A DNA stretch of 64,000 nucleotides from Escherichia coli. GTDB taxonomy: Bacteria; Pseudomonadota; Gammaproteobacteria; Enterobacterales; Enterobacteriaceae. The DNA lies in the NCBI RefSeq assembly GCF_003019035.1, contig NZ_CP027447.1. The stretch is one strand, 5' to 3'. The number at the start of each line of letters is the position of its first letter. Within the stretch, counting starts at the first letter, position 1. The notes beneath the pieces were generated by a model. That model had not been told where the DNA came from. It searched no databases and saw only the letters and a program-made list of their open reading frames with translations. Below, in pieces: positions 1-11,358 of the stretch. Both the position numbers and the translations under genes were made by a program.

Positions 1-1009
1 ACCAGACGGAATCCCCTGCTGTTATCGCGGGAATGGAAGTCAGCGCTTTAAGCAGTAGTGGATGCCATTTCTCTGAAATGGGCAGAACTTTGCCAGGTGC
101 AACCCCGCACAGTTCATCGTCCGGTACGTCATCCAGCAGCGGGCGCAATAAAACATACGCCATCGCTTCCGGGATAGGCACCACATGTAACAATCCCTGA
201 CCCGATAACATATCAGAGAGCGCCGTCCAGCCTTGAAACGTGCGGAACACCGAACATTTTGTAGTGTTATCTACCGTGTACTCTTCGACATCGGTCCGGT
301 GTGCAGCATCCCAGGGATCGTAATCATCGAAATTACCATTAAACACATTGGCAAAAACGCGCTGATAAGCGGGTAATAACCACCGTTCCAGCGCACCAGA
401 ATCGGTATGCGCGCCCAGGCCTTTAGTTGTAGTACCTGGAGGGCGGCGGCGGATCCTGTCTGGATAAATCACACTGATATCAGGATTAAACCACTGTTTG
501 CCGTTGCTTTCAGACGTCCACAGTCGGTTTAGAAAAGATTGCACAGCAGCCATGTTTTCGCTCTGCCGCGCCTGCATCTGTGCTTGCGACCAGTAAATGG
601 GATAGATTTCGGGGCGAGAAGCCTCCAGCGAGCCGAAAAAACTGTCGCCAGGGCCTTTATAAACATCATCAAAATGATTGATATCAAGATAATCGAGCAT
701 GGCACGATCCCACGCCATCGCCTGCTCGCGAGGGAAATGGCCTTTTATGACTGCACAGCCGCGACGTTTAATTTCATTGCGAGTGGCATCGCTTACTGTA
801 CCTGCGGCAATATCACTATAAGAAACTTCCGGCCAAACCGGCAGCCCTTGCGCTTTTAGGGCATCGATTTCAGCAACACGCGTTTCGATTTTTGCAGAGA
901 GTGTATCGAAAACCTGTTGCACATCACTGAGCTGTTCCCGCAGCGCAGCTTTCATCTCTCGGATAGCCGCTTTCGCATCTGTGGGCAGCGTCTCACAGGA
1001 AAAAGTCAT
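1..1009 (-). CDS. ybiU: DUF1479-family protein YbiU, N-terminal part (gene runs off window start)
   Basis: Minus-strand ATG at 1009..1007 preceded by a GAGG RBS; reading frame stays open to position 1. Translation begins MTFSCETLPTDAKAAIREMKAALREQ and matches the recalled E. coli YbiU. Absent from the ORF track because no stop lies in the window. Confidence 0.65.
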   Translation of the reverse strand, partial: MTFSCETLPTDAKAAIREMKAALREQLSDVQQVFDTLSAKIETRVAEIDALKAQGLPVWPEVSYSDIAAGTVSDATRNEIKRRGCAVIKGHFPREQAMAWDRAMLDYLDINHFDDVYKGPGDSFFGSLEASRPEIYPIYWSQAQMQARQSENMAAVQSFLNRLWTSESNGKQWFNPDISVIYPDRIRRRPPGTTTKGLGAHTDSGALERWLLPAYQRVFANVFNGNFDDYDPWDAAHRTDVEEYTVDNTTKCSVFRTFQGWTALSDMLSGQGLLHVVPIPEAMAYVLLRPLLDDVPDDELCGVAPGKVLPISEKWHPLLLKALTSIPAITAGDSVW

Positions 1010-1022
1010 ATCAACCTCGATT

Positions 1023-1036
1023 CTTTCATTCGAAAG
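1023..1036. promoter_or_regulatory. Palindromic 14-bp motif CTTTC-N4-GAAAG (copy 1 of 3) just upstream of ybiU start
   Basis: Sequence ctttcattcgaaag read directly; it is the reverse complement of the copies at 2046..2059 and 5494..5507. Confidence 0.4.
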
Positions 1037-1160
1037 TAAAATGATTACGATTGATACATTAAGTTAAAAATAAGTTAACGCAAGATAAAAATCTTGAGTC
1101 AGTGCACAAAGCGAGCAAAAAGGAGAGAGGCCGAAGTGGTCACTTCGGCCAGGGGGAAGA

Positions 1161-1976
1161 TCAACTATTGAAAGGAGCGATATTATCCAGCACAGCCTGA
1201 ATCACGTTCAGCGCGCCTTCATGATTATTATCATCGGTAGCATAACGGGCGATTTGTTTAATGTTTTCCGCAGCATTGCCCATCGCAAAGGAATAACGCG
1301 CCATTTTCAGCATCTCCGCATCGTTACCGCTGTCGCCAATCGCTACCACATTTTGCGGTGACAGATCCCAGCGTTTCAGTAACCGCGAAATACCGTTTGC
1401 TTTATGTAGACCGGGAATAATCAGGTCGATAAAGCCAAAACCACTGGTGACGGGTTTCATAATGCCATCCAGCGCTATGTGCAGTTTGTCGATCACTAAC
1501 GGGATTTGTTCATCCGGCAGGTTGAGCGAAAACTTGAACAGTACGTCGTCAATCTCCTGATAATCTTTTACAGGTTTCAGGCGATGGTAGTGTTTTGCCA
1601 TCAGTGCGACGAATGCTTCGGGGGCATTTTCGCTGACATATGCACTTTGCAGACCGCAGGCGACAAAATTGAGTTGCTTATCTTTTAGCAACTCGCCAAT
1701 AACAATCCGCGATTCATGTCGGGTCAGTTCGCCGTGGAACAACTGCTTGCCATGTTCGTAAACCAGTGCGCCGTTTTCCGCGACAAAAGAGATCTCATCC
1801 TTTAGCTCAGGAAAGAACGAAATAAGCTGGTAATACTGATTACCGCTGGCGACAACGAACTCAATGCCGCGCTTTTTCAGTTCCTGATATTGCGCCATAA
1901 AACGTGGTTGGTTGTACGTTTTGGCGTCGTTAAGAAAAGTACCGTCCATGTCTGTGACGATAACTTTTACGCTCAT
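1161..1976 (-). CDS. ybiV: HAD-superfamily sugar phosphatase (Cof-like)
   Basis: 271-aa ORF; N-terminal DMDGT motif (VTDMDGTFL) and C-terminal GDSGNDAEM are HAD hallmarks; sequence matches recalled E. coli YbiV. Confidence 0.93.
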   Translation of the reverse strand: MSVKVIVTDMDGTFLNDAKTYNQPRFMAQYQELKKRGIEFVVASGNQYYQLISFFPELKDEISFVAENGALVYEHGKQLFHGELTRHESRIVIGELLKDKQLNFVACGLQSAYVSENAPEAFVALMAKHYHRLKPVKDYQEIDDVLFKFSLNLPDEQIPLVIDKLHIALDGIMKPVTSGFGFIDLIIPGLHKANGISRLLKRWDLSPQNVVAIGDSGNDAEMLKMARYSFAMGNAAENIKQIARYATDDNNHEGALNVIQAVLDNIAPFNS

Positions 1977-2045
1977 AGGTGTGCTCCTGGCTCGAAAATG
2001 AAACCGTAACAGTGTAATAACAATGTGACGCAGAGCACAAATTAT

Positions 2046-2059
2046 ATTTCGAATGAAAG
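2046..2059. promoter_or_regulatory. Palindromic motif aTTTCGAATGAAAG (copy 2 of 3) in ybiV promoter / ybiW downstream region
   Basis: Sequence atttcgaatgaaag read directly, 13/14 identical to copy 3. Confidence 0.4.
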
Positions 2060-2121
2060 CGAGGCTGAAATTGATGATGTGAATGATTTAGCCCGGCGAC
2101 GACGACGCCGGGCTGAGGAGA

Positions 2122-4554
2122 TTACAGCATATGTTCAGTACGGGCGATGATATCGTCCTGAGCGTCTGGAGAGAGCGCGGTGAAGAAGGCGGAATAGCCC
2201 GCGACACGCACTACCAGATCGCGGTACTGATCCGGATGTTTTTTCGCTTCCAGCAGCGTTTCGCGGGAAACGATGTTGTACTGAATATGCCAGCCTTTAT
2301 GCACTTCAAAGAAGGTGCGTAGCAGGATCATCAGTTTCTGCTTGTCAGATTCGTTCTCCAGCGTTGCCGGATTCAGTTTCTGGTTGAGCAACACGCCGCC
2401 GAGAATCGCGGCCGTAGGCAGTTTACCCACCGAGCCAATGACCGCAGTAGGGCCAAGATGATCAGTACCGGAGGCCGGACTAGCGCCTTCTGCCAGCGGG
2501 GTATGCGCTTTACGTCCGTCCGGCGTTGCCATCGTCTGCGCGCCAAAGGGTACGTTAGCGGAGATAGATGACGTACCCGCGTAATAATTGCCGCCAACCG
2601 GACCACGACCATAGCGCGGGTTATGGTACTGTTTTAGTTCGTCGATATAGGTCTGATAAGCGCGAGCCAGCAGCGTATCGACAGTATCATCGTCGTTGCC
2701 GTACTTAGGCGCACCGTTAATCAGCCGCTGACGCAGCTGCTCGTGAGTCAGGCCGTCGAAGTCATCCGCCAGTGCGGCAGCCAGCTGTTGCTGACCAATC
2801 GCGCCCTGTTCAAATACCAGTTTCTTCACTGCCGCCAGGCTGTTGCCGAGGTTAGCAATGCCGACCTGCAGGCCAGAAACCCAGTCATATTTCGCGCCGC
2901 CTTGCTTGATACTTTTCGCTCGCTCAATACAGTCATCCACCAGCGCCGAGCAGAGAATATCGTGTACGTTCTCTTCCAGCATGGTGTCGACGACATATTC
3001 GATTTCGATTGATTTACGCGTGTAGTAACGGATTTGCGTATCCCATGCGTCCATTACTTCATCGAAGTTGTTGAAGTTACCCGCTGACAACGCTTTTTCT
3101 TGTGGCAGGAACACTTTGCCGCTGGTGGCATCACGACCGCCTTCCAGCGCCGCCAGCATCACGCGGGCGAAGTTGATAAAGCTCATGCCGGTACAGCGAT
3201 AGCCCCATTTGCCACCGACGGCGGTTTCGATACAACCAATCGCTGCGTAGTCGTAAGCGTCCTGCGGTTCAATACCGAGTTTAATAAATTCCGGGATGAC
3301 GATTTCATCGTTGTTGAACGCCGGCATCCCGAAACCACAGCGGATCACCTGAACACAGGCATCGAGGAAATCGTTACTCATACCCGCGTGGTAGCGCACG
3401 CTGAGGTTAGGCTGAGTGGAACGCAGGCGACCGCAAGATTCGAGGATCGCATAAGAGAGTGGATTTACCGCGTCCATCGGTTGACCATCAACCAGATTTT
3501 GCCCGCCAATGGTGACGTTCTGATACAGCGGACTTCCCGCAGAGGCTTTTGAGTGTGAGCCGGAGCGGATTTTGTTCACTTCCAGCAATTTCAACCAGCA
3601 GCTATGCAGCATCTCGATGGCGTGTTCGCGATCCAGTGTCTGGTTCAGTTCAACGTCGCGGCGATAGTAAGGGTAGAGATACTGGTCCATACGACCAAAC
3701 GATACCGAGTGACCGTTAGATTCGATCTGCAAAATCAACTGGATGAAGTAACACAGTTGCAGCGCCTGCCAGAAAGTCTGCGGCGGCTGGTGGGCGATAA
3801 GATCGCAGTTTTCTGCTATCGCCAGCAGTTCATCGCGACGGCTTTCGCGGGTTTCAGTGGCTGCCATTTCACGCGCCAGGGCAGCGAAACGTTCAATGTG
3901 TTCACTGACTGCCACCAGCACGATATCAATCGCTTTCAGGAACTGCTCGCCGTGCAAATCTTCCAGCACCGTCAGGTTGATGCGCGAGCGACGTTCCGCT
4001 ACTTTCTCGCGCAGACCATCAAGACCTTTTTCCAGCAGTAGCGGGAAATTGACCGCCAGGTGCGCATCGCCGGAGGTCATATTGCCCTCCGCTTTAATGA
4101 TGCCGGTCGCCAGCAGACCTTTTTGCTCATCGGTAAACATGCCGTAGCAGCGATCCTGTACGGTCTGACCGCGCCACCACGGGCACACTTCATGCAGAAC
4201 GCGTTTGTTCTCTTCGCTCACCGCAAAACCAGCACCGGGACGATCTGCCAGATCATCAATCTCTTTTTCGATCCATGAGACGGTATATTCCGGGAAGATC
4301 GGCGCGGCGCGAACTTCGCTTGCCTGGTTGCCAATGATCAATTCATCGTGCTTGATCCAGATGGTGCGATTCGCCAGGTGATGCGCCAGTGCCAGCGCGC
4401 GACGTACCGGGATCGGCTTATCGAGATGTTGTTGATACATCCCGGTATAGTGCTGCGCGCGCTCGGTACAAACCGGCGGTTTCACAATATGCACCAGCGC
4501 ATTTTTGTGCGCTTTAATGCGGTCGCTGAGCGTGTCCAGTTTCAGTGTGGTCAT
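2122..4554 (-). CDS. ybiW: Glycyl-radical enzyme, pyruvate formate-lyase-like
   Basis: 810-aa ORF; PFL-family length and C-terminal glycyl-radical region (RVAGYSAFF); matches recalled E. coli YbiW. Confidence 0.92.
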   Translation of the reverse strand: MTTLKLDTLSDRIKAHKNALVHIVKPPVCTERAQHYTGMYQQHLDKPIPVRRALALAHHLANRTIWIKHDELIIGNQASEVRAAPIFPEYTVSWIEKEIDDLADRPGAGFAVSEENKRVLHEVCPWWRGQTVQDRCYGMFTDEQKGLLATGIIKAEGNMTSGDAHLAVNFPLLLEKGLDGLREKVAERRSRINLTVLEDLHGEQFLKAIDIVLVAVSEHIERFAALAREMAATETRESRRDELLAIAENCDLIAHQPPQTFWQALQLCYFIQLILQIESNGHSVSFGRMDQYLYPYYRRDVELNQTLDREHAIEMLHSCWLKLLEVNKIRSGSHSKASAGSPLYQNVTIGGQNLVDGQPMDAVNPLSYAILESCGRLRSTQPNLSVRYHAGMSNDFLDACVQVIRCGFGMPAFNNDEIVIPEFIKLGIEPQDAYDYAAIGCIETAVGGKWGYRCTGMSFINFARVMLAALEGGRDATSGKVFLPQEKALSAGNFNNFDEVMDAWDTQIRYYTRKSIEIEYVVDTMLEENVHDILCSALVDDCIERAKSIKQGGAKYDWVSGLQVGIANLGNSLAAVKKLVFEQGAIGQQQLAAALADDFDGLTHEQLRQRLINGAPKYGNDDDTVDTLLARAYQTYIDELKQYHNPRYGRGPVGGNYYAGTSSISANVPFGAQTMATPDGRKAHTPLAEGASPASGTDHLGPTAVIGSVGKLPTAAILGGVLLNQKLNPATLENESDKQKLMILLRTFFEVHKGWHIQYNIVSRETLLEAKKHPDQYRDLVVRVAGYSAFFTALSPDAQDDIIARTEHML

Positions 4555-4559
4555 GGTTG

Positions 4560-5459
4560 TTATCCTCGTAAGGTCGCGGTTAACCCTTTCTGGCAGGCAT
4601 ACTGCTGGGCAAAGTCGAGCAGTTCTGGCGCATCAAGCGGTTTTTCCGGGGCGTCATAGGGCAGATTAAGTAAGTGATATTTGTTGATGCCTAGCGTGTG
4701 GTAGGGCAGGAAATGGATTTCGCCAACGTGCAGCTCGTCGGCGGCAAAATCGGTAATGGCTTTTACAGCGGTTTCGTCGGCATTAAAGCCCTGAATCAGC
4801 GGTACGCGGATGATGATTTTTTTCCCCGCCGCAGCGAGTTTTTTCAGATTATCCAGCACCCTGGCGGCGTTACCGTCGGTCCACTGTTTAAACGGCGCGT
4901 CGGCGACGTGTTTTAAATCGGCAAGAAACAGATCGATATAGGGCAGAGAAGGGGAGATATATTTCCACGGCACATGCAGACAGGTTTCTACCGCAGTATG
5001 AATGCCGGCCTCGTGGCTGGCTTGCAGTAGCGCCGTCGCCATTTCCGGCTGCATAAACGGTTCACCGCCAGAAAGTGTTAAGCCGCCGCCGCTGCGATCG
5101 TAAAACGGTTTATCGCGCAAAACGGTTGCCATGATCTCCTCAACGCTTTTCACTTCACCACACACGGTTAACGCCTGTGTCGGGCAGCAGTCGGTTAGCG
5201 CCGTCAGATGCTCCGGGGTTAACTTTTCCCGATGAATAAGCAAGCCATTCAGCGCGCGCTCAATCACGTCCGGCGCGGCCTTAGCGCACAGCTCGCAGCC
5301 TTCCAGACACAGTCGTGCGTCATACAACAGATCCTGCGTGCGGGCGCGGCTTTCCGGGTTCTGACACCAGCGGCAGCCCAGCGAACAGCCTTTAAGAAAT
5401 ACGACCGTGCGGATACCGGGGCCATCATGGGTCGAGTAGCGCTGAATATTGAAAATCAT
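4560..5459 (-). CDS. ybiY: Glycyl-radical enzyme activating protein (radical SAM)
   Basis: 299-aa ORF with cysteine clusters ([19 protein letters not shown]) typical of PFL activases; sits immediately upstream of ybiW on the same strand. Confidence 0.9.
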   Translation of the reverse strand: MIFNIQRYSTHDGPGIRTVVFLKGCSLGCRWCQNPESRARTQDLLYDARLCLEGCELCAKAAPDVIERALNGLLIHREKLTPEHLTALTDCCPTQALTVCGEVKSVEEIMATVLRDKPFYDRSGGGLTLSGGEPFMQPEMATALLQASHEAGIHTAVETCLHVPWKYISPSLPYIDLFLADLKHVADAPFKQWTDGNAARVLDNLKKLAAAGKKIIIRVPLIQGFNADETAVKAITDFAADELHVGEIHFLPYHTLGINKYHLLNLPYDAPEKPLDAPELLDFAQQYACQKGLTATLRG

Positions 5460-5493
5460 AGTTGCCTCTCCGTTTCGTTCAAATATTAAAATA

Positions 5494-5507
5494 CTTTCGA
5501 ATGAAAG
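5494..5507. promoter_or_regulatory. Palindromic motif CTTTCGAATGAAAG (copy 3 of 3) in the divergent ybiY / fsaA promoter region
   Basis: Sequence ctttcgaatgaaag read directly; 35 bp upstream of the ybiY ATG and 83 bp upstream of the fsaA ATG. Confidence 0.4.
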
Positions 5508-5589
5508 TTAGATTGATGTGCGTCAACTGTTCAGAGAGTTTTCCCGTGATAGTCTACATTCAGACAAAAAGTACATTTTGAGGATGGTT

Positions 5590-6252
5590 ATGGAACTGTA
5601 TCTGGATACTTCAGACGTTGTTGCGGTGAAGGCGCTGTCACGTATTTTTCCGCTGGCGGGTGTGACCACTAACCCAAGCATTATCGCCGCGGGTAAAAAA
5701 CCGCTGGAGGTTGTGCTTCCGCAACTTCACGAGGCGATGGGCGGTCAGGGGCGTCTGTTTGCCCAGGTAATGGCTACCACTGCCGAAGGGATGGTGAATG
5801 ACGCGCTTAAGCTGCGTTCTATTATTGCGGATATCGTGGTGAAAGTTCCGGTGACCGCCGAGGGGCTGGCAGCGATTAAGATGTTAAAAGCGGAAGGGAT
5901 TCCGACGCTGGGAACCGCGGTATATGGCGCGGCACAAGGGTTGATGTCGGCGCTGGCAGGTGCAGAATATGTTGCGCCTTACGTTAATCGTATTGATGCT
6001 CAGGGCGGTAGCGGTATTCAGACTGTGACCGACTTACACCAGTTATTGAAAATGCATGCGCCGCAGGCGAAAGTGCTGGCAGCGAGTTTCAAAACCCCGC
6101 GTCAGGCGCTGGACTGCTTACTGGCAGGATGTGAATCAATTACTCTGCCACTGGATGTGGCACAACAGATGATTAGCTATCCGGCGGTTGATGCCGCTGT
6201 GGCGAAGTTTGAGCAGGACTGGCAGGGAGCGTTTGGCAGAACGTCGATTTAA
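5590..6252 (+). CDS. fsaA: Fructose-6-phosphate aldolase 1
   Basis: Start chosen at MELYLDTSD (ATG 5590) to give 220 aa; transaldolase-like fold; matches recalled FsaA. Confidence 0.92.
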   Translation: MELYLDTSDVVAVKALSRIFPLAGVTTNPSIIAAGKKPLEVVLPQLHEAMGGQGRLFAQVMATTAEGMVNDALKLRSIIADIVVKVPVTAEGLAAIKMLKAEGIPTLGTAVYGAAQGLMSALAGAEYVAPYVNRIDAQGGSGIQTVTDLHQLLKMHAPQAKVLAASFKTPRQALDCLLAGCESITLPLDVAQQMISYPAVDAAVAKFEQDWQGAFGRTSI

Positions 6253-6330
6253 CCGGACGTTCTGCATCCTCATAAATTGCTGATGACGTGGCGGAGTGTC
6301 GCGTCTTATCTGGCCTGGAGGTGGCAGTTA

Positions 6331-7077
6331 CTACCCGCACACCTCACACCCCGGATTACGCATCAGTTTCATTTCGCGAAACTGACAGGTCATCGCATCG
6401 TACATCACGATTTTTCCGCTGGCCGGTTTGCCATAACCTGCCAGCAGTTTGATCGCTTCCATTGCCTGCAACGAACCAATTACGCCGATCAACGGTGCCA
6501 TCACGCCTGCTTCTACGCAGGTTAACGCGTTCTCGCCAAACAAACGGCTAAGGCAGCGATAGCACGGTTCGCCGTCCTGATAAGTGAAGACCGTGATTTG
6601 CCCTTCCATACGAATTGCCGCGCCGGAAACCAGCGGCACCTTCGCGGCAAAACAGCCTGCGTTCAGTTGATTACGTACTGCAACGTTATCCGTACAGTCG
6701 AGCACCAGATCGTGTTTTGCAATCATCGCAGCAAGTTCAGCGTCATCAAGCAGCGCATTGACTGGCGTAATCGCGATATGTGGGTTGATCCGCGTCAGGG
6801 CGTCACGGGCGGATTCCACCTTCGGTTGCCCGACCGTGGCATCACTGTGCAGCGTCTGGCGTTGCAGATTGGAGAGCGAAACCGTGTCGAAGTCGAGCAG
6901 CGTCAGGTTGCCGACACCGGCGCTTGCCAGATACTGCGAAGCTGCGCAGCCGAGTCCACCAAGGCCGACGACCAGCACGCGGGAATCTTTCAATGCTTCC
7001 TGACCGTCAAAATCAAAACCGCGCAGAATGATTTGCCGGTTGTAGCGCAGCATCTCCTGATCGCTGAGTTCCGCCAT
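6331..7077 (-). CDS. moeB: Molybdopterin-synthase adenylyltransferase
   Basis: 248-aa ORF; ThiF/MoeB dinucleotide-binding motif VLVVGLGGLG and C-terminal CxxC pairs. Confidence 0.93.
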   Translation of the reverse strand: MAELSDQEMLRYNRQIILRGFDFDGQEALKDSRVLVVGLGGLGCAASQYLASAGVGNLTLLDFDTVSLSNLQRQTLHSDATVGQPKVESARDALTRINPHIAITPVNALLDDAELAAMIAKHDLVLDCTDNVAVRNQLNAGCFAAKVPLVSGAAIRMEGQITVFTYQDGEPCYRCLSRLFGENALTCVEAGVMAPLIGVIGSLQAMEAIKLLAGYGKPASGKIVMYDAMTCQFREMKLMRNPGCEVCG

Positions 7078-8312
7078 TACAGGCCTCCGAACAACGCGTT
7101 AAACGGTTCTACTTCCACCCATTCGCCCACTTCCACATTGCCGCGATCGCGTTCCAGCACGATAAAGCAGTTGCCGAGGCTAAAGGAGCTAAATATATGT
7201 GAACCCTGATGTCCGGTGGTCGTCACTTCCAGTTCGCCATCGGCGTTGCGTTGCAGCACGCCGCGCTGGAAATCAAGGCGTCCTGGCGATTTCTTCAGAG
7301 GCGATGCCGTGCGCACACGCTGGCGCGCGGGCAGGCCGCTGGCGGTATTGCCGCTTAGTTTTGCCAGCAAAGGCTGTACCAGTTGATAGAAGGTCAGCGT
7401 TGCTGAAACCGGGTTGCCCGGCAGGCCGCAGAACCAGCTATTGCTGAGTTTACCGAACGCGAACGGTTTACCTGGTTTAATCGCCAGCTTCCAGAAGGCG
7501 ATCTCCCCCAGCTCTTCAAGAATCGTTTTGGTGTAATCCGCTTCACCCACTGAAACACCGCCGGAACTGATCACCACATCCGCCTGGCTGTCGGCTTCAA
7601 TAAATGCGGCGCGCAGGGCATGGGGATCGTCGCGGATAATCCCTAAGTTAATTACCTCGCAACCCAGCTGTTCTAACATCAGGTGTACGGCGAGACGGTT
7701 GGTATCGTAGATTTGGCCATCGCCCAGCGGCTGACCGGGCAACTGGAGTTCATCACCGGTAGAAAAAAGCGCTACACGCACTTTACGGATCACCGGAACT
7801 TCGGCAATCCCTAGCGAAGCAATCACTGGCAGTTCAGCGGTAGTCAGGCGAGTCCCCGCCGGGAAAACAACCGCACCTGCAGAGATATCTTCACCGCGAC
7901 GGCGAATATTTTGTCCGCTACGCACTTCAGCAGTAAAACGCACGCCATTGTCCGTTTGTTCAGTCTGCTCCTGCATCACCACCGCTTCGCAGCCTTCCGG
8001 CACCGGCGCACCGGTCATAATACGAATGCAGGTACCCGCAGGCCATTCACCATGGTACGGCTGACCGGCAAAGGATTTACCGGCAACGGGCAGCGGTTGC
8101 CCGGAGGCAATATCGGCTAAACGCACCGCGTAGCCGTCCATAGCGGAGTTATCAAACCCCGGGACATCCAGTGGCGAAACGACATCGCTCGCCAGAATAC
8201 GACCAAAACACTGAACCAGTGGCAGCGTTTCCTGGGCGGTCAGTGGGGTAACGCGAGAAAGCATCTCATTAAGCGCGGTGTCGAGCGACATCAATCCGGT
8301 GGTAAATTCCAT
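7077..8312 (-). CDS. moeA: Molybdopterin molybdenumtransferase
   Basis: 411-aa ORF upstream of and overlapping moeB by 1 nt; matches recalled MoeA. Confidence 0.93.
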   Translation of the reverse strand: MEFTTGLMSLDTALNEMLSRVTPLTAQETLPLVQCFGRILASDVVSPLDVPGFDNSAMDGYAVRLADIASGQPLPVAGKSFAGQPYHGEWPAGTCIRIMTGAPVPEGCEAVVMQEQTEQTDNGVRFTAEVRSGQNIRRRGEDISAGAVVFPAGTRLTTAELPVIASLGIAEVPVIRKVRVALFSTGDELQLPGQPLGDGQIYDTNRLAVHLMLEQLGCEVINLGIIRDDPHALRAAFIEADSQADVVISSGGVSVGEADYTKTILEELGEIAFWKLAIKPGKPFAFGKLSNSWFCGLPGNPVSATLTFYQLVQPLLAKLSGNTASGLPARQRVRTASPLKKSPGRLDFQRGVLQRNADGELEVTTTGHQGSHIFSSFSLGNCFIVLERDRGNVEVGEWVEVEPFNALFGGL

Positions 8313-8515
8313 GAAAACACTCCTGCGGAGGCAAAATCGAATTTGCCTATTATGTCAGAAAAACGCCACAGACTGTATGCCACCTCGGGCGTAGCACTGG
8401 CTCCAGCCTTTACATGCCATATCCATCTTTCTATATTCAAAAATTGAATGAGTAATTCATAAAAATTCTGATATTTATAGCAAAAGTGGCGAGCCACCCT
8501 TAATGGACGAATACT

Positions 8516-9481
8516 ATGGGCAAAGCAGTCATTGCAATTCATGGTGGCGCAGGTGCAATTAGCCGCGCGCAGATGAGTCTGCAACAGGAATTACGCTACA
8601 TCGAGGCGTTGTCTGCCATTGTTGAAACCGGGCAGAAAATGCTGGTAGCGGGCGAAAGTGCGCTGGATGTGGTGACGGAAGCGGTGCGTCTGCTGGAAGA
8701 GTGTCCACTGTTTAACGCCGGAATTGGCGCTGTCTTTACGCGTGATGAAACCCATGAACTGGACGCCTGTGTGATGGATGGTAACACCCTGAAAGCCGGT
8801 GCGGTGGCGGGCGTTAGTCATCTGCGTAATCCGGTTCTTGCCGCCCGGCTGGTGATGGAGCAAAGCCCGCATGTGATGATGATTGGCGAAGGGGCAGAAA
8901 ATTTTGCATTTGCTCATGGCATGGAGCGCGTCTCGCCGGAGATTTTCTCCACGCCTTTGCGTTATGAACAACTACTGGCAGCGCGCGAGGAAGGGGCAAC
9001 AGTCCTCGACCATAGCGGTGCGCCACTGGATGAAAAACAGAAAATGGGCACCGTGGGGGCCGTGGCGTTGGATTTAGACGGCAATCTGGCGGCAGCCACG
9101 TCCACGGGCGGAATGACCAATAAATTACCCGGACGAGTTGGCGATAGTCCCTTAGTGGGTGCCGGATGCTACGCCAATAACGCCAGTGTGGCAGTTTCTT
9201 GTACCGGCACGGGCGAAGTCTTCATCCGCGCGCTGGCGGCATATGACATCGCCGCGTTAATGGATTACGGCGGATTAAGTCTCGCGGAAGCCTGCGAGCG
9301 GGTAGTAATGGAAAAACTCCCTGCGCTTGGCGGTAGCGGTGGCTTAATCGCTATCGACCATGAAGGGAATGTCGCGCTACCGTTTAACACCGAAGGAATG
9401 TATCGCGCCTGGGGCTACGCAGGCGATACGCCAACCACCGGTATCTACCGTGAAAAAGGGGACACCGTTGCCACACAGTGA
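8516..9481 (+). CDS. iaaA: Isoaspartyl peptidase / L-asparaginase (Ntn hydrolase)
   Basis: 321-aa ORF; asparaginase-2 family with the autoproteolytic GTVGAVALD threonine region. Confidence 0.92.
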   Translation: MGKAVIAIHGGAGAISRAQMSLQQELRYIEALSAIVETGQKMLVAGESALDVVTEAVRLLEECPLFNAGIGAVFTRDETHELDACVMDGNTLKAGAVAGVSHLRNPVLAARLVMEQSPHVMMIGEGAENFAFAHGMERVSPEIFSTPLRYEQLLAAREEGATVLDHSGAPLDEKQKMGTVGAVALDLDGNLAAATSTGGMTNKLPGRVGDSPLVGAGCYANNASVAVSCTGTGEVFIRALAAYDIAALMDYGGLSLAEACERVVMEKLPALGGSGGLIAIDHEGNVALPFNTEGMYRAWGYAGDTPTTGIYREKGDTVATQ

Positions 9482-11339
9482 TGAACTTGATGCCGGTGAT
9501 GTGCTGGCGGTTGAAAATCTGAATATTGCCTTTATGCAGGACCAGCAGAAAATAGCTGCGGTCCGCAATCTCTCTTTTAGCCTGCAACGCGGTGAGACGC
9601 TGGCAATTGTTGGCGAATCCGGCTCCGGTAAGTCAGTGACTGCGCTGGCATTGATGCGTCTGTTGGAACAGGCGGGCGGTTTAGTACAGTGCGATAAAAT
9701 GCTGTTGCGGCGGCGCAGTCGCGAAGTGATTGAACTTAGCGAGCAGAGCGCTGCACAAATGCGCCATGTGCGCGGTGCGGATATGGCGATGATATTTCAG
9801 GAACCGATGACATCGCTGAACCCGGTATTTACTGTGGGTGAACAGATTGCTGAATCTATTCGTCTGCATCAAAACGCCAGTCGTGAAGAAGCAATGGTCG
9901 AGGCGAAGCGGATGCTGGATCAGGTACGCATTCCGGAGGCACAAACCATTCTTTCACGTTATCCGCATCAACTCTCTGGCGGGATGCGCCAGCGAGTGAT
10001 GATTGCGATGGCGCTGTCATGCCGCCCGGCGGTGCTGATTGCCGATGAGCCAACCACCGCGCTGGATGTCACTATTCAGGCGCAGATCCTGCAATTAATC
10101 AAAGTATTGCAAAAAGAGATGTCGATGGGCGTTATCTTTATCACGCACGATATGGGCGTGGTGGCAGAGATTGCCGATCGGGTTCTGGTGATGTATCAGG
10201 GCGAGGCGGTGGAAACGGGTAGCGTCGAACAGATTTTTCATGCACCGCAACATCCTTATACCCGTGCGCTGTTAGCTGCTGTTCCGCAACTTGGTGCGAT
10301 GAAAGGGTTAGATTATCCCCGACGTTTCCCATTGATATCGCTTGAACATCCAGCGAAACAGGAACCACCCATCGAGCAGAAAACGGTGGTGGATGGCGAA
10401 CCTGTTTTACGGGTGCGTAATCTGGTCACCCGTTTCCCTTTGCGCAGCGGTTTGTTGAATCGCGTAACGCGGGAAGTGCATGCCGTTGAGAAAGTCAGTT
10501 TTGATCTCTGGCCTGGCGAAACGCTATCGCTGGTGGGCGAGTCTGGCAGCGGTAAATCCACTACCGGGCGGGCGTTGCTGCGCCTGGTCGAATCGCAGGG
10601 CGGCGAAATTATCTTTAACGGTCAGCGAATCGATACCTTGTCACCTGGTAAACTTCAGGCATTGCGCCGCGATATTCAGTTTATTTTTCAGGACCCTTAC
10701 GCTTCGCTGGACCCACGTCAGACCATCGGTGATTCGATTATCGAACCGCTGCGCGTACACGGTTTATTGCCAGGTAAAGAAGCGGCTGCACGCGTTGCGT
10801 GGTTGCTGGAGCGCGTGGGCCTGTTACCTGAACATGCCTGGCGTTACCCGCATGAGTTTTCCGGCGGTCAGCGCCAGCGCATCTGCATTGCTCGCGCGTT
10901 GGCATTGAATCCGAAAGTGATCATTGCCGACGAAGCCGTCTCGGCGCTGGATGTTTCTATTCGCGGGCAGATTATCAACTTGTTGCTCGATCTCCAGCGT
11001 GATTTCGGCATTGCGTATCTGTTTATCTCCCACGATATGGCCGTGGTAGAGCGGATTAGTCATCGTGTGGCGGTGATGTATCTCGGACAAATTGTTGAAA
11101 TTGGTCCACGGCGCGCGGTCTTCGAAAACCCGCAGCATCCTTATACGCGTAAATTACTGGCGGCAGTTCCGGTCGCTGAACCGTCCCGACAACGACCGCA
11201 GCGTGTACTGCTGTCGGACGATCTTCCCAGCAATATTCATCTGCGTGGCGAAGAGGTTGCAGCCGTCTCGTTGCAATGCGTCGGGCCGGGGCATTACGTC
11301 GCACAACCACAATCAGAATACGCATTCATGCGTAGATAA
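9468..11339 (+). CDS. gsiA: Glutathione ABC importer, double ATP-binding-cassette subunit
   Basis: Two Walker A motifs (GESGSGKS twice) and two LSGGxRQR signatures; start placed at the TTG at 9468 to give the 623-aa protein (MPHSDELD...), overlapping the iaaA stop. Confidence 0.9.
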   Translation: MPHSDELDAGDVLAVENLNIAFMQDQQKIAAVRNLSFSLQRGETLAIVGESGSGKSVTALALMRLLEQAGGLVQCDKMLLRRRSREVIELSEQSAAQMRHVRGADMAMIFQEPMTSLNPVFTVGEQIAESIRLHQNASREEAMVEAKRMLDQVRIPEAQTILSRYPHQLSGGMRQRVMIAMALSCRPAVLIADEPTTALDVTIQAQILQLIKVLQKEMSMGVIFITHDMGVVAEIADRVLVMYQGEAVETGSVEQIFHAPQHPYTRALLAAVPQLGAMKGLDYPRRFPLISLEHPAKQEPPIEQKTVVDGEPVLRVRNLVTRFPLRSGLLNRVTREVHAVEKVSFDLWPGETLSLVGESGSGKSTTGRALLRLVESQGGEIIFNGQRIDTLSPGKLQALRRDIQFIFQDPYASLDPRQTIGDSIIEPLRVHGLLPGKEAAARVAWLLERVGLLPEHAWRYPHEFSGGQRQRICIARALALNPKVIIADEAVSALDVSIRGQIINLLLDLQRDFGIAYLFISHDMAVVERISHRVAVMYLGQIVEIGPRRAVFENPQHPYTRKLLAAVPVAEPSRQRPQRVLLSDDLPSNIHLRGEEVAAVSLQCVGPGHYVAQPQSEYAFMRR

Positions 11340-11358
11340 CATTCAGGCGGAGAATAAA

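Noticed and set aside
3100-4278. Several 70-150-aa plus-strand ORFs (3100..3552, 3604..4041, 3857..4147, 4060..4278)
   Set aside because: They lie entirely antisense within the well-supported ybiW coding region; no RBS or motif support.
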